Positions 50,301 to 59,600 of a stretch of DNA of 64,000 nt are shown here, piece after piece (the first letter of the stretch is position 1; each line of letters opens with the position of its first letter). The DNA lies in the NCBI GenBank assembly GCA_965222375.1, contig CBDCTZ010000015.1:640001-704000 (forward strand). The letters run 5' to 3'. Below the pieces are notes generated by a model. The model was not told where the DNA came from. It saw only the letters and a list, made by a program, of their open reading frames with translations, and ran no database searches. This stretch comes from Polyangiaceae bacterium. GTDB taxonomy: Bacteria; Myxococcota_A; Polyangia; Polyangiales; Polyangiaceae. A program made the position numbers and the translations under genes.

Positions 50301-51692
50301 GTGCAACCCGTGGCCAAATCCAGAATTTTCACGACGTCTCACGCCGCACTCGTACTGATGGCGACGGCACTACTCCCAGCGAGCTGCCAGGCCATATTCG
50401 ATATCGAGAGCCGACCAGCTTCTGAGCCCGTGAAGGTGAACGACGCGTCAACGGATCATTTTTCCGCCGATGCCGATGCAGACGTGGCGGAATGCTTCGA
50501 CGAGCCGCCGCGTTGTGCCGGCAACGTGATTGAGGTTTGCGACGACGGAGTTTGGACACAGCCCACTACTTGTGCGCTGCCGTCAGCCGCCTGCAGCAAG
50601 GGTGCGTGCCAAGCTGTTCGAGCCCTCGCCACGGGCCTTGCTTGGGAACACAGCTGCGCCGTGCTGGAGGACGATTCGGTCCATTGCTGGGGCGCGAACC
50701 AGAACGCCGAACTCGGTCGCGGCAAGCTGACAGCGTTCGAGTTGCGACCAGGTCCAGTCGCTGGCTTGACGGCTGTGAAACAAGTCAGCCTGGGTCGGAA
50801 GTCCAGTTGTGCATTGACGACATCGGGAGAAGTGTGGTGTTGGGGAGATAATTCCGCTGGGCAGATCAGCGCAAATTCTCCAGAGTCTGTCCATCTGATG
50901 CCCGTGCAAGTCGCCGGCATCAGCAAGGCTGCCGAACTCAGTTGCGGCTTCTTTCACTGTTGCATCCGCGACGACGTAGGTCGCGTCAGCTGTTGGGGGC
51001 AGAATAGCTTCGCCCAGCTCGGAGGCGGCGCGACTAGCGCGGCGGAAGGTGCGACGGATGCCGGCGTCACCGGGACTCTTGCGGTCGCGGTTGGTGAGGC
51101 GCACAGCTGCGCAATCAGTCAGTCCAAGCAAGTCCTGTGTTGGGGACGCAACCAACGGCAGCAGATCGGTGACAAGGCGGGCGGGCAGGTACGACTCAAG
51201 CCGTCCACGGTCCTCACGGCTCCTTCGACACCCCTCGCCGATGTACAGCACATCGCGGTGGGCGCCTTTCATTCTTGTGCAACCACCGGGGCGGGAACTA
51301 CCTATTGTTGGGGCGCCAACGAATTCGGCGGGCTCGGCGTCGGTGACTTTGGAGACCGAGGGTTTGCAACACCCACTCAGTTTGCATCGGGTTCCCGCAC
51401 CAGCGCGGGAAATCGACAAACGTGTGCCCTCCATGGAGCCTCCGCAAGCTGCACTGGCTACAATCAAGTCGGTTCGCTGGGAAATGGAACCCTAGGCAGC
51501 GGCACCGAACAAACAACACCGACACCGGTCGTCAACGTTCAAGACTTGGTCGAGCTTTCCATGCAGTTCAACCATACCTGCGCCCGCTCGAGCAGCGGGC
51601 TGGTTCAGTGTTGGGGTGGCAACGGCCACGGGCAGCTCGGCGACTGGAAGCCGGGCCAGGAATCTGCCTGGCCCGTCCCCGTGCGTTGGTGA
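50301..51692 (+). CDS. RCC1/BLIP-II repeat lipoprotein
   Basis: About 7 H(S/T)CA…V.CWG.N..GQLG repeats. N-terminus PASCQAIFDI. Confidence 0.92.
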   Translation: MQPVAKSRIFTTSHAALVLMATALLPASCQAIFDIESRPASEPVKVNDASTDHFSADADADVAECFDEPPRCAGNVIEVCDDGVWTQPTTCALPSAACSKGACQAVRALATGLAWEHSCAVLEDDSVHCWGANQNAELGRGKLTAFELRPGPVAGLTAVKQVSLGRKSSCALTTSGEVWCWGDNSAGQISANSPESVHLMPVQVAGISKAAELSCGFFHCCIRDDVGRVSCWGQNSFAQLGGGATSAAEGATDAGVTGTLAVAVGEAHSCAISQSKQVLCWGRNQRQQIGDKAGGQVRLKPSTVLTAPSTPLADVQHIAVGAFHSCATTGAGTTYCWGANEFGGLGVGDFGDRGFATPTQFASGSRTSAGNRQTCALHGASASCTGYNQVGSLGNGTLGSGTEQTTPTPVVNVQDLVELSMQFNHTCARSSSGLVQCWGGNGHGQLGDWKPGQESAWPVPVRW

Positions 51693-51693
51693 C

Positions 51694-52563
51694 TTACTCG
51701 AGGATCACGTACTCCTTCTTGGACAGTCGCCGCTCAGTACCGGTGGCCAATTGGACGAACACCGAGTCCGCTTCGGTTCGGACGACCTGAGCAAACGCCC
51801 AACTGTGTCCGGACTGAGGTTTCACCAAGACCAGGTCGTCCGCAGCAGCAAGCTTGGACTCTCCCGACGGGAACGGCGCTACCTTGTCGTATTCGACAGA
51901 AGAGGGTGAAGTGCCATCGTCCCAGGCGATCTTGGCTCCTGAAGCGCCGGCGCTGCGCGCTACACCACTGTACCAGGTTGATCCCCAAACTCCCAACACG
52001 CGCTGGCCCGGCTGCGGCCGAAAACCTTTCGGGCGAGGCGGGCGCCTAGCCTGAGCCTTCGCGAGAAAGTCGCGCTTCGCGACATTGCCCGCTAGTTCCT
52101 TTTGAAGGTGCTCCGGCAGCGCGATCACTTGGTGCGGCGCCACATCGCCCTTCCCCCCTTCAACGTACGCTACGCCTATCGTGTCCGCGGAAACGCTCTG
52201 TACCCGAGCGCCATTCCAGCGCGATCCTGAACCACGCCGAGCCAGGACGTGGTCGCCGTTCTTGACCTTCGGGCTGTGGCCTACCTGCGGAATCAGAAAG
52301 ACCTCGCCAGAGTCCACCGCGCTGGGCGTAGATCCGTCTGTCCAGGCAACCGTTGTCCGGCTGCCTTCCAATGCCCTCACCTTGCCTTCGTAGAAGCTGA
52401 GGCCCGACCATCTACCGACGACGGTCGAACCAACGGCGATGCTCCGGGTCTGCGGCGACGCGCTGGCAGCAGCCGCCGTTTGGTTGTCTCCTTCTCCGCC
52501 TCGGGACTTACAGGCCAGCAACACCGTCAACAGCAAAAGAACCAATATGGTGTGAGTCTTCAT
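51694..52563 (-). CDS. Lipoprotein with four Tudor/SH3-like repeats
   Basis: LLAC lipobox and four G..V…W….(F/W)Y.(G/A).V………V.(W/Y).DG-like units. Confidence 0.8.
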   Translation of the reverse strand: MKTHTILVLLLLTVLLACKSRGGEGDNQTAAAASASPQTRSIAVGSTVVGRWSGLSFYEGKVRALEGSRTTVAWTDGSTPSAVDSGEVFLIPQVGHSPKVKNGDHVLARRGSGSRWNGARVQSVSADTIGVAYVEGGKGDVAPHQVIALPEHLQKELAGNVAKRDFLAKAQARRPPRPKGFRPQPGQRVLGVWGSTWYSGVARSAGASGAKIAWDDGTSPSSVEYDKVAPFPSGESKLAAADDLVLVKPQSGHSWAFAQVVRTEADSVFVQLATGTERRLSKKEYVILE

Positions 52564-52574
52564 GCCAGCACGCT

Positions 52575-52590
52575 GGCAAAATGCGTGCCC
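52575..52590 (-). promoter_or_regulatory. Sigma-54 promoter with predicted start at or near the ATG
   Basis: GGGCACGCATTTTGC (GG-N10-GC) ends 12 nt before ATG 52563. Confidence 0.65.
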
Positions 52591-52668
52591 CCGCGCTTTG
52601 CAGCATTCCCTGCGGAAGTGCTTGTGCGCAGACCGCTCGCACGCTGTGCGCGCAGCTCCCGTACACGG

Positions 52669-53562
52669 TCATTTGGCGACTTCGTCTGCGTCGACGAGTT
52701 GCTCCAGCTGGAGAGACGCTGTCTTCCAAGTCGTGCCCACGCGCACCCTCAGCGTGCCGCGAAGCGCGGACTTGACGCCGGTGGACGGATTGGTCCCAGT
52801 TCTCGCGGCGGGCGCCTTGATGTTCAGAGCACCCGCGGAGTCGCCAAACCGAAGCCTCTTGCCGCCAGTTCCAACAAGCGTGCGAACGATGGACTTCTTG
52901 CCTCCCGGGTTCACCACGTAGGTTACGTACGTCTTGCCTCCGAGGGTTCGCGTAACCGCGACGCCCCTGAGGCCACCACCCAGAGCACTGACTTTCACGT
53001 CGCGGAAGAGAGTTGGCTCGTCGAACCCCACGAGCGGCACATCGAATCCCACCAGAGGCACATCAAAGCCCACGAGAGGCACGTCGAAACCTTTCGCCGA
53101 AAAGGAGAACTTCAAGCGGTCGCCCTCCCCACCCCAGACGAACCCTTTGGTGCGCCATTCGGAGCCAGGCCACGCCTTGGCGGAGCGCCCGCTGCTTGGG
53201 GCGGCCTTCGGAAAGGAGATGAAGCCGTAGGCATTGCTCAACCTCCTGCGATTGGGCGTCAGCTTGCCACGGAAGCTCCCCGTGAACGCCACGAGCTTGC
53301 CTGCCTTCTTGCGCTTGCCTCGGTAACGAACCACCGTAGTGCCATCTGGGCGAAGGCGAACATCGAGCAGGACCTTGCCTGCACTGCCCGCCCAGGCTGT
53401 GACGAAGCCAAAGCCTCGCGGCCGCGCCGAATTGCGAACCGCTTGTGCCAGGGTTGTGACGACCTTGACGCCCGGAGGTGCCGAGGGAGCTGGCGCCGCG
53501 TCGGCCCTACCGATGACTGAACAGAGGGCAATCAGTGTAAGCGTGACAAGCGGAAATTTCAT
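52669..53562 (-). CDS. Secreted basic protein with GFDVPLV repeats and RNP-1/HU-like motifs
   Basis: AGGAGA RBS, signal peptide (ADA cleavage), PRGFGFVT, (GFDVPLV)x3 and AARTGTNPSTG. Confidence 0.8.
   Translation of the reverse strand: MKFPLVTLTLIALCSVIGRADAAPAPSAPPGVKVVTTLAQAVRNSARPRGFGFVTAWAGSAGKVLLDVRLRPDGTTVVRYRGKRKKAGKLVAFTGSFRGKLTPNRRRLSNAYGFISFPKAAPSSGRSAKAWPGSEWRTKGFVWGGEGDRLKFSFSAKGFDVPLVGFDVPLVGFDVPLVGFDEPTLFRDVKVSALGGGLRGVAVTRTLGGKTYVTYVVNPGGKKSIVRTLVGTGGKRLRFGDSAGALNIKAPAARTGTNPSTGVKSALRGTLRVRVGTTWKTASLQLEQLVDADEVAK
53021..53091 (-). repeat. 21-bp coding tandem repeat (GFDVPLV x3 plus GFD)
   Basis: The units differ at synonymous positions but encode identical peptides. Confidence 0.9.
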
Positions 53563-53616
53563 CGTCTCTCCTTGTGGTTCCTACGGCGCAAGGCCTGCCG
53601 CTGGACAAGGCGGACG

Positions 53617-53700
53617 AGCAATTGCCGTGCCCAACCGCAGACCTGAGTACTCCCCCAAATGGGAACTGTAACCAAGGTGTGCGCGCACTGTGCGCACACC
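53617..53700 (-). promoter_or_regulatory. Sigma-54 promoter plus upstream palindrome
   Basis: GGGCACGGCAATTGCT at 53617-53632 (minus strand). GGTGTGCGC-N7-GCGCACACC at 53676-53700. Confidence 0.7.
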
Positions 53701-54246
53701 TCACGCACCGCCTTTGCTCACGCCTTGTCCCAACGCTCCAGCAATCAAGTGCGCCACGCGCAGCGGCTCTGGCAAGTTGCCGTGCAGGGTGGTCGCTCGC
53801 AGCAGGCGCCGCGCGGCGGAGCGATCGAGGCCGACGCGTTGAACGAACACATCCTCGAGAGGCTCCGGAGGGCCGAGCTGCTCGATCAATTGCCACTTGC
53901 GCGCGCCACCGGGCACCTTGTCGAACAGCGCCCGCTTGATTCGACCCAAGTTCGGTGCCCGACGCATCACGACCAGAACCGGCACCCCGAACGCATCGTG
54001 TAGCCGTCGCGCGTCCACTACGTTGAAGCCGCCTACCGCGATTCCTTGCAGCAGGATGGCTTGGGGAGAAAAGGTCGAACGCTGCACGAGCGCTGCCATG
54101 CTGCGCGCGGAGTTCACGCCATCCCGCCGCACTTTGCCCAGCAGCACGCCATCCACGCGCGTACGAGCGCAAAAGACCCCTACTAGAGGCACGTCCCCGC
54201 GGTGTTCGTGGGCAAAGGGGCCGTCGTCAAATCCAATGCAGTTCAT
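53701..54246 (-). CDS. DUF99 family (endonuclease V-like) protein
   Basis: IGFDDGPF, VRRDG, GIAVGGFNVVD and GNLPEPLRVAHLIA. Confidence 0.88.
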   Translation of the reverse strand: MNCIGFDDGPFAHEHRGDVPLVGVFCARTRVDGVLLGKVRRDGVNSARSMAALVQRSTFSPQAILLQGIAVGGFNVVDARRLHDAFGVPVLVVMRRAPNLGRIKRALFDKVPGGARKWQLIEQLGPPEPLEDVFVQRVGLDRSAARRLLRATTLHGNLPEPLRVAHLIAGALGQGVSKGGA

Positions 54247-54443
54247 TGGGACGGCCGACGGACTGTCGCCGCCGGAAGGGTCTTCTCGTTGACATAGCGC
54301 ATTCCTCGGCATAACCCGGCACAGACCCCGCTGTCCTCATCGTCCTCAACATATGACCCCAGCCGTCTTTCGATCCACTCAGTGGTAGGCCGCCAGGCCA
54401 GCTGCTGCAGCAGCAACCACCGCAACGGATCCGGCGCGAACGC

Positions 54444-55067
54444 TCAGCGCTTCGGCGCCTTGCGCTGTGGCGGTTTCGGGCCAATGGGTTTACGCCTGTT
54501 CACCGACTCGCCGATCGCCAATCGCAAGCACATGTTCGCAAGTTTCGAGAGCTGGGCGGCAAGCTTCACGGCTTCGGACTTGGGTGTAACCTCCCACAGC
54601 ATGCCGGTCTGCCACTCCGTATCGCTCGCCCCGGCTACCTTGCGAGTCACCTTGGCCACGCATTTCTGGCCTTCGTGACAGGTCAGCCGGAGTCGATTGC
54701 CCTCCGCCCTCACGCTCTTCAATCCGTCAAGGCGGAGAATCGTAGTGGTGAAATAGAGTGCGGGCGCCCCCGGATTCGTGTGCTTGAGCTTCGCTCGCAA
54801 CTCCCGTCCATCCATGTGCCAGTACCAGTGCAAGCCACCACTGCCGCCGACACGGTGCGCGTTGGTCGCGCGCAACCTGCGCGCAGTCGCCGCTCCCAAG
54901 TTGTTGGTGCGCGTGCGCAGATTCAGCTTGGGTTTCTTTGGCTTCGCGCCTCCACTCGGATCAGGCTTGGCCTTGGCTTCCAGTGGGAGCGCCGGAGCTG
55001 GAGCGGACAGCGACAGGGCAGCGTATGCTGAGAGTGAGACGGCTAGTGCGAGAGGAAGTGTCTTCAT
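54444..55067 (-). CDS. Secreted basic hypothetical protein
   Basis: Signal peptide MKTLPLALAVSL… and Lys/Arg-rich composition. Confidence 0.75.
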   Translation of the reverse strand: MKTLPLALAVSLSAYAALSLSAPAPALPLEAKAKPDPSGGAKPKKPKLNLRTRTNNLGAATARRLRATNAHRVGGSGGLHWYWHMDGRELRAKLKHTNPGAPALYFTTTILRLDGLKSVRAEGNRLRLTCHEGQKCVAKVTRKVAGASDTEWQTGMLWEVTPKSEAVKLAAQLSKLANMCLRLAIGESVNRRKPIGPKPPQRKAPKR

Positions 55068-55079
55068 GCGCCTGGTGTC

Positions 55080-55170
55080 TGCAATTGGCATGCCCGCAGC
55101 GCCAGCGACATTCGAGCCGAATTGCCCTGTGCATGACTGTGCTCGCTCGTGCGCGCACAGTCATGCACAG
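55080..55170 (-). promoter_or_regulatory. Sigma-54 promoter plus 16-bp perfect inverted repeat
   Basis: GGGCATGCCAATTGCA (minus strand, 55080-55095). CTGTGCATGACTGTGC-N12-GCACAGTCATGCACAG at 55127-55170. Confidence 0.72.
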
Positions 55171-55395
55171 CTCGGCGGCTGAGCTACAGGACGAAGCGCC
55201 GACGTCGACACCAGCCGAGGCGGGAGGCGATACCCACTTAGGGCAATGGCAGCGCAGCGCGACTCGATGAAGTGGTCCCCAGCGGCCCTATCGAAGTCGC
55301 GGCGCCGCTGGGGAATTGCGTTTCTAGGGCGCCCGATTCGCTCTGGGACACAGAACGGCGGACATTCCGGCCCGATTCTGATACTTGCGCATCGC

Positions 55396-56694
55396 ATGTC
55401 CAGGCTCAACGAGGCACTGCGCGCCCTGGCACTCACCGCCTCTGCGCTCTCGCTCGCCGCGGCCGGCGGCTGCAACCCGCGCTGCCCAGCGTGTCCCCCA
55501 GCGGCAGCGCCAACCGCCGCGCCGCAGCCTTATGTCGCGCCGGTGCTTCCGGGGCAAGCGGCACCGGCGGGCAAGTCGAAAGCCTCGGGCAAGCTGGCCG
55601 TGTTGCCGATCAAGGACCCGGAGCTGTTCCGGAGGGAACGCGCGCAAGTTCGAAGTGAGCTGTTCCAGCGCATGAAGGGTCTGGCGACGGAATACGAGGT
55701 GCTCTCCTTGAGCGAAGTCGATGCTCAACTGAAAGCGGTGAACAAGGCAGGGCAAGCCTGTGCCTATGACGAGTCGCCGCTGTCGCGGCGTGCTCGGAAC
55801 AAGAATTGGCGCTGGACCGAACTGATGTTCGTATCTGGCATGAAGAAGCGCGGCAGTGAGCTCTGGGTTCGGGTCAACCGCTACAACGCGAGCGAGTCCC
55901 TCGCAGCTCCCTGGGATCGCAAGTTGGGTCGACTCCCCGCGTACCGCGCGGCCTTCGTGGCTCTGAAGAAACTAGCTTCGGACGCGGGTGTGCTCGGCGG
56001 CCTTGGGGCATCAGGCGGACCAAAGGGCGAGAAGACCCGGGGCGCGCTGAAGATCTGCGAAAGGAAGTCGTTCTTCGAGTGCCGCAAAGAAACGGAAAGC
56101 TGGCTCGACGTGAGCAAAGAACTCTCGGCCTGCTTCGCGGGCGCAGACGAACGCAAGGAGACGGCGCTAATTGAAGGAACGCGCTGCGAGTTACCCAAGG
56201 CGCAGAGCACCAACAGCGTCCGAGGCAAGCGCGAGGCTTGCTTGTGCGGGGCGCTGACCAAGTCGGCAGGCGTCAAAGCACGCCAGGGGCGGCGCCGCGT
56301 GAGCATGAGCTACGAAGCGCCGGACGTCGCGGGCAAGCCCCGCCCGCGGCTTCGAGTCATCGACGTGACCGGCCTCTTTGCCGAAGCGGATTGGGACTCG
56401 ATCAAGTACGAAGAGGGCGGCAAGAAGCGCTACCGCTCCGTGCGCCGGCTCCAGGTGGACAACCTGGACGCGCTGGCCGCTCCCCTCGCCCGCTGCAAGG
56501 TCAAGGCTGGAACGCAACTCACCGCCGAGCTCTCCGTGGACGCCACGGGCAAGGTTGCCGCAGCCAAGGTGACATCTGGCGCCAACCGCGCCGTGAGTGC
56601 ATGTCTTCAGAAGGCGCTGGCGCGCGGCGCCTTCGCGTGCCCGGGCAGCGACAAGGGCGCCACCCTGCGGCTGGGTATTCGTTACCCGGATTGA
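55396..56694 (+). CDS. Lipoprotein with C-terminal TonB_C/AgmX-like domain
   Basis: AGGC lipobox and LARC…LSVDATGKVAAAKV…VSACL…F. Confidence 0.7.
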   Translation: MSRLNEALRALALTASALSLAAAGGCNPRCPACPPAAAPTAAPQPYVAPVLPGQAAPAGKSKASGKLAVLPIKDPELFRRERAQVRSELFQRMKGLATEYEVLSLSEVDAQLKAVNKAGQACAYDESPLSRRARNKNWRWTELMFVSGMKKRGSELWVRVNRYNASESLAAPWDRKLGRLPAYRAAFVALKKLASDAGVLGGLGASGGPKGEKTRGALKICERKSFFECRKETESWLDVSKELSACFAGADERKETALIEGTRCELPKAQSTNSVRGKREACLCGALTKSAGVKARQGRRRVSMSYEAPDVAGKPRPRLRVIDVTGLFAEADWDSIKYEEGGKKRYRSVRRLQVDNLDALAAPLARCKVKAGTQLTAELSVDATGKVAAAKVTSGANRAVSACLQKALARGAFACPGSDKGATLRLGIRYPD

Positions 56695-56797
56695 TGGACC
56701 TCAGACAGCACACGCCAGTGAGAGTCAACTCGTCAGCGGCGGTTACGATGAGCTACAAAGACTCACTAGCCCCCAAAATAAAACGGGTTGGTGGCTC

Positions 56798-57691
56798 TTA
56801 CATGTAGCCGGTCATCGCGAGCCCCAAACGCTGCCCTGAAGCCAAGGGCAAGAGCGCCCAATGCACCGGCCCGGTGCGAAATGCGCCGGCTGGCGATCCG
56901 GCGCCATAGTGGAGCCACAACGGCACCAGGTAGCCCGACACCGCGCCCGCTGCCGAGCCCAGCAATACATCACTCAACCAGTGGCGATCGTTGACTATCC
57001 GGGCAACTCCCGTGGTCAGCGCTAGCCCAGAAGCAGCCACACAAGCCGCCGCGTCGGCGATTCCACCACCATACAGCGGTAGGTGTTGATGGTGTACACA
57101 GGTCAGACCGGCGCCCGCGGCGGCAATGGCCGCGTGTCCGCTGGGAAAGCTCCCAAACTCGTCGGAACCATCGCAGAAGCGTTCGTATTCGTCGTCACGT
57201 TCGCAGGGCTCCGTACTCGGCCGAGCCCTCGCGATGAATTTCTCCGGCGGTATCACCAGCATCGCGGTCAAGGCGAATGACTGGGTGTTGATCAGAAACA
57301 TCTGCCCGGCAACGTCGCCCGCACCATGGCCCACCCACGTCACGAGGAGGGTGTCCACGAGATAGGGGTACACGAGCATGCCGCGAAAGCCGATATCGCC
57401 CACGGTCCGTGCGCGGTCCCTTCCCTCACGGCTTCTGGCCACGAGTCGGTCTCGCACCCAGCTATCAACCTCGTTTTCCCAAGCTCCGCCATCGTCTCGG
57501 AAGTCAACCGCAAAACTGGTGGCGATCGTCCCGGCCAGTATTGCGCCGCCGGCACCGTATTGCCAGCCTCGGAAGCGGGTCCAGTGCGGCTGCCACTCGA
57601 CCTCGTCTGCCTGTTGTGCATACGCGGGAGTACTCCAGAGCGCGCACGCCACCAGCCCGAGTACCACGCGTCGCGCATTCGCGAGACCCAT
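56798..57691 (-). CDS. PAP2-family phosphatase
   Basis: K-x4-R-x-RP-like ARARP, SFPSGH and RIVNDRHWLSDV. Confidence 0.9.
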   Translation of the reverse strand: MGLANARRVVLGLVACALWSTPAYAQQADEVEWQPHWTRFRGWQYGAGGAILAGTIATSFAVDFRDDGGAWENEVDSWVRDRLVARSREGRDRARTVGDIGFRGMLVYPYLVDTLLVTWVGHGAGDVAGQMFLINTQSFALTAMLVIPPEKFIARARPSTEPCERDDEYERFCDGSDEFGSFPSGHAAIAAAGAGLTCVHHQHLPLYGGGIADAAACVAASGLALTTGVARIVNDRHWLSDVLLGSAAGAVSGYLVPLWLHYGAGSPAGAFRTGPVHWALLPLASGQRLGLAMTGYM

Positions 57692-57881
57692 GCGTCCCGC
57701 GCTTTTCACCGCCCCGCCCCAACCAGGCAATCGGATACTCGCGCACCAGGTCCAGCCGTTGCTCTTCGGTTCATTCGTGCACTCTCGTATTGCGCTATCT
57801 ACCATGGGCCTTCAGCTCGTGGCTGATTCACGGCACTCCGAAACTAGCCACTTCCACATCTCGGACAGGTAGGCGGGGAAT

Positions 57882-59588
57882 TCACTTCACGGTGTAGTCC
57901 GTGCCCCAGGGGTGCACGGCGATGATGCGGGAGGCAGCATCGTGCAGCTCTGGGCTCAGTCTGCCCTGACGCGCGTCCCGCCACGCCGCGGCGAACTCTT
58001 GAGTCGAGTTGAGACGCAGATCGGGCTTCTTGGCCAACGCTAGCGCCAGCAGCAGGTCAACGTCCGGGTGCACTTCGACCAACTCGCTTGGCCGCACGGG
58101 TTGGTAACGAAGCGCCGCATAAACCGTAGCCGCGTTGGAGGTGCCTCGGAACGCGGGCCGACCCGTGAGCACGCGATACACCACCGCTCCAAGCGAGAAT
58201 ACGTCAGCCCGGCGATCCACGTCCTTGCCCAGAGCTTGCTCCGGCGCCATATAGGCGGGCGTGCCGACGGCGCCGCCTTGGGTGAGCGTTCCGGAGCCGC
58301 TGGCGAACATCGAGACGCCGAAGTCCAGCACCTTCCAGATCGGATGAGGGTTGGCGGTGAGAAACAAGTTCTGGGGCTTGATGTCGCGGTGCACGACGTC
58401 CGCTTCGTGGGCGGCGTGCAGTGCGAGGCAAGCGTGCTCCACGAGCACGTCGACCTCCTCGAGGGGAAGGTAGGTCCGCTGACGCAGATCGGCTGCTAGG
58501 TCCACGCCCTGGAGGAGCTCCAGCACCAGGTATGGCGAACCATCTTCTGCAGTGCCGGAGGCAAATAGCTCGGGCACGTGGGGCGACTCCAGGGCGCTGG
58601 TGATCTGCGCTTCCCGAATGAAGCGTGTCACTTGCCCACGGGACTCGGAGAGATGCGGGTGCATGACTTTCAGCGCCACGATTTGTCCGCCGTCGGTGTT
58701 CGTGGCTTCGTAGACTTCCCCCATCGAACCGCGACCCACGACGCTGCCTAGTACGTATTGGTCGATGGTTCGCCCCGTGAGACGGCCAGCGCGCGCTCCT
58801 GCGACGACGCGATCTAGATCTTCATGCGCCTCGTTGAGCAGCGCATCTCTCTGTCGGATGCCGCGACGTGCCCGCTCGAGCTCCGCCATGGCCAGCAACG
58901 TCGAGTGGCGAGTGCGGTATGAGAGCCAATAGGTCGCCACCAGCAAGGTTCCGACGCAAATCCCCGTCATGAAGATGTACGCCCGGCTCTGCATGGCCTC
59001 GGCAGGGATCAGCCCGGTAGGCGGAACGACGCCGAATGCAGCAAGCAACGCCAGCACGGCGTGACCACCAATGGCGGTTCCAGCGACCCAGCGACGACGA
59101 GGTTTCGAGTCCCCGAGTCCGTAATAGAAGACCACCGTTGGCAGCACCACGATGGGGCCACCCATGATCCCGAAGTAGACGCAGGAACCCAGCGCAAGCA
59201 GCACGATCATCACGCCGATCAAGGTCGAAACCCGACTGCCGTATTGATAGCGGCGACTCATCGCGATGAGCCCGCCAACCACCACGGCAGCGACGGCGTA
59301 CACGCCAATCATGACCCAGCCCAAGGTCGTCTTGTTGGGCATGGCTAAGGTGGCTACGACGAAGATGACCAGCGCGATGAACAGCGCTCGCAGCGCGCCC
59401 ATGCGTGTGCGGATCTCTTCGCCAGCCAATACGCCACCGTCGACCTGAGTCGTGGCGTCATCTGCATCAGGGGGGGCAGCTGCAGCGTCAGCGCTAGGTT
59501 TTACCAGAGTCGGCGCGTCGGTCGCTTCCAACAGTGAGTTGTCTGCCGCCACGCCGATCACAGTGCCGCGGAAACGAGGCGCCGACAA
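57882..59588 (-). CDS. Ser/Thr protein kinase with N-terminal multi-TM region
   Basis: About 6 TM helices, then GRGSMGEVY, VALK, HRDIKPQN, DFG and YMAPEQ. Confidence 0.93.
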   Translation of the reverse strand: MSAPRFRGTVIGVAADNSLLEATDAPTLVKPSADAAAAPPDADDATTQVDGGVLAGEEIRTRMGALRALFIALVIFVVATLAMPNKTTLGWVMIGVYAVAAVVVGGLIAMSRRYQYGSRVSTLIGVMIVLLALGSCVYFGIMGGPIVVLPTVVFYYGLGDSKPRRRWVAGTAIGGHAVLALLAAFGVVPPTGLIPAEAMQSRAYIFMTGICVGTLLVATYWLSYRTRHSTLLAMAELERARRGIRQRDALLNEAHEDLDRVVAGARAGRLTGRTIDQYVLGSVVGRGSMGEVYEATNTDGGQIVALKVMHPHLSESRGQVTRFIREAQITSALESPHVPELFASGTAEDGSPYLVLELLQGVDLAADLRQRTYLPLEEVDVLVEHACLALHAAHEADVVHRDIKPQNLFLTANPHPIWKVLDFGVSMFASGSGTLTQGGAVGTPAYMAPEQALGKDVDRRADVFSLGAVVYRVLTGRPAFRGTSNAATVYAALRYQPVRPSELVEVHPDVDLLLALALAKKPDLRLNSTQEFAAAWRDARQGRLSPELHDAASRIIAVHPWGTDYTVK

Positions 59589-59600
59589 GCGGCCCCAAGC

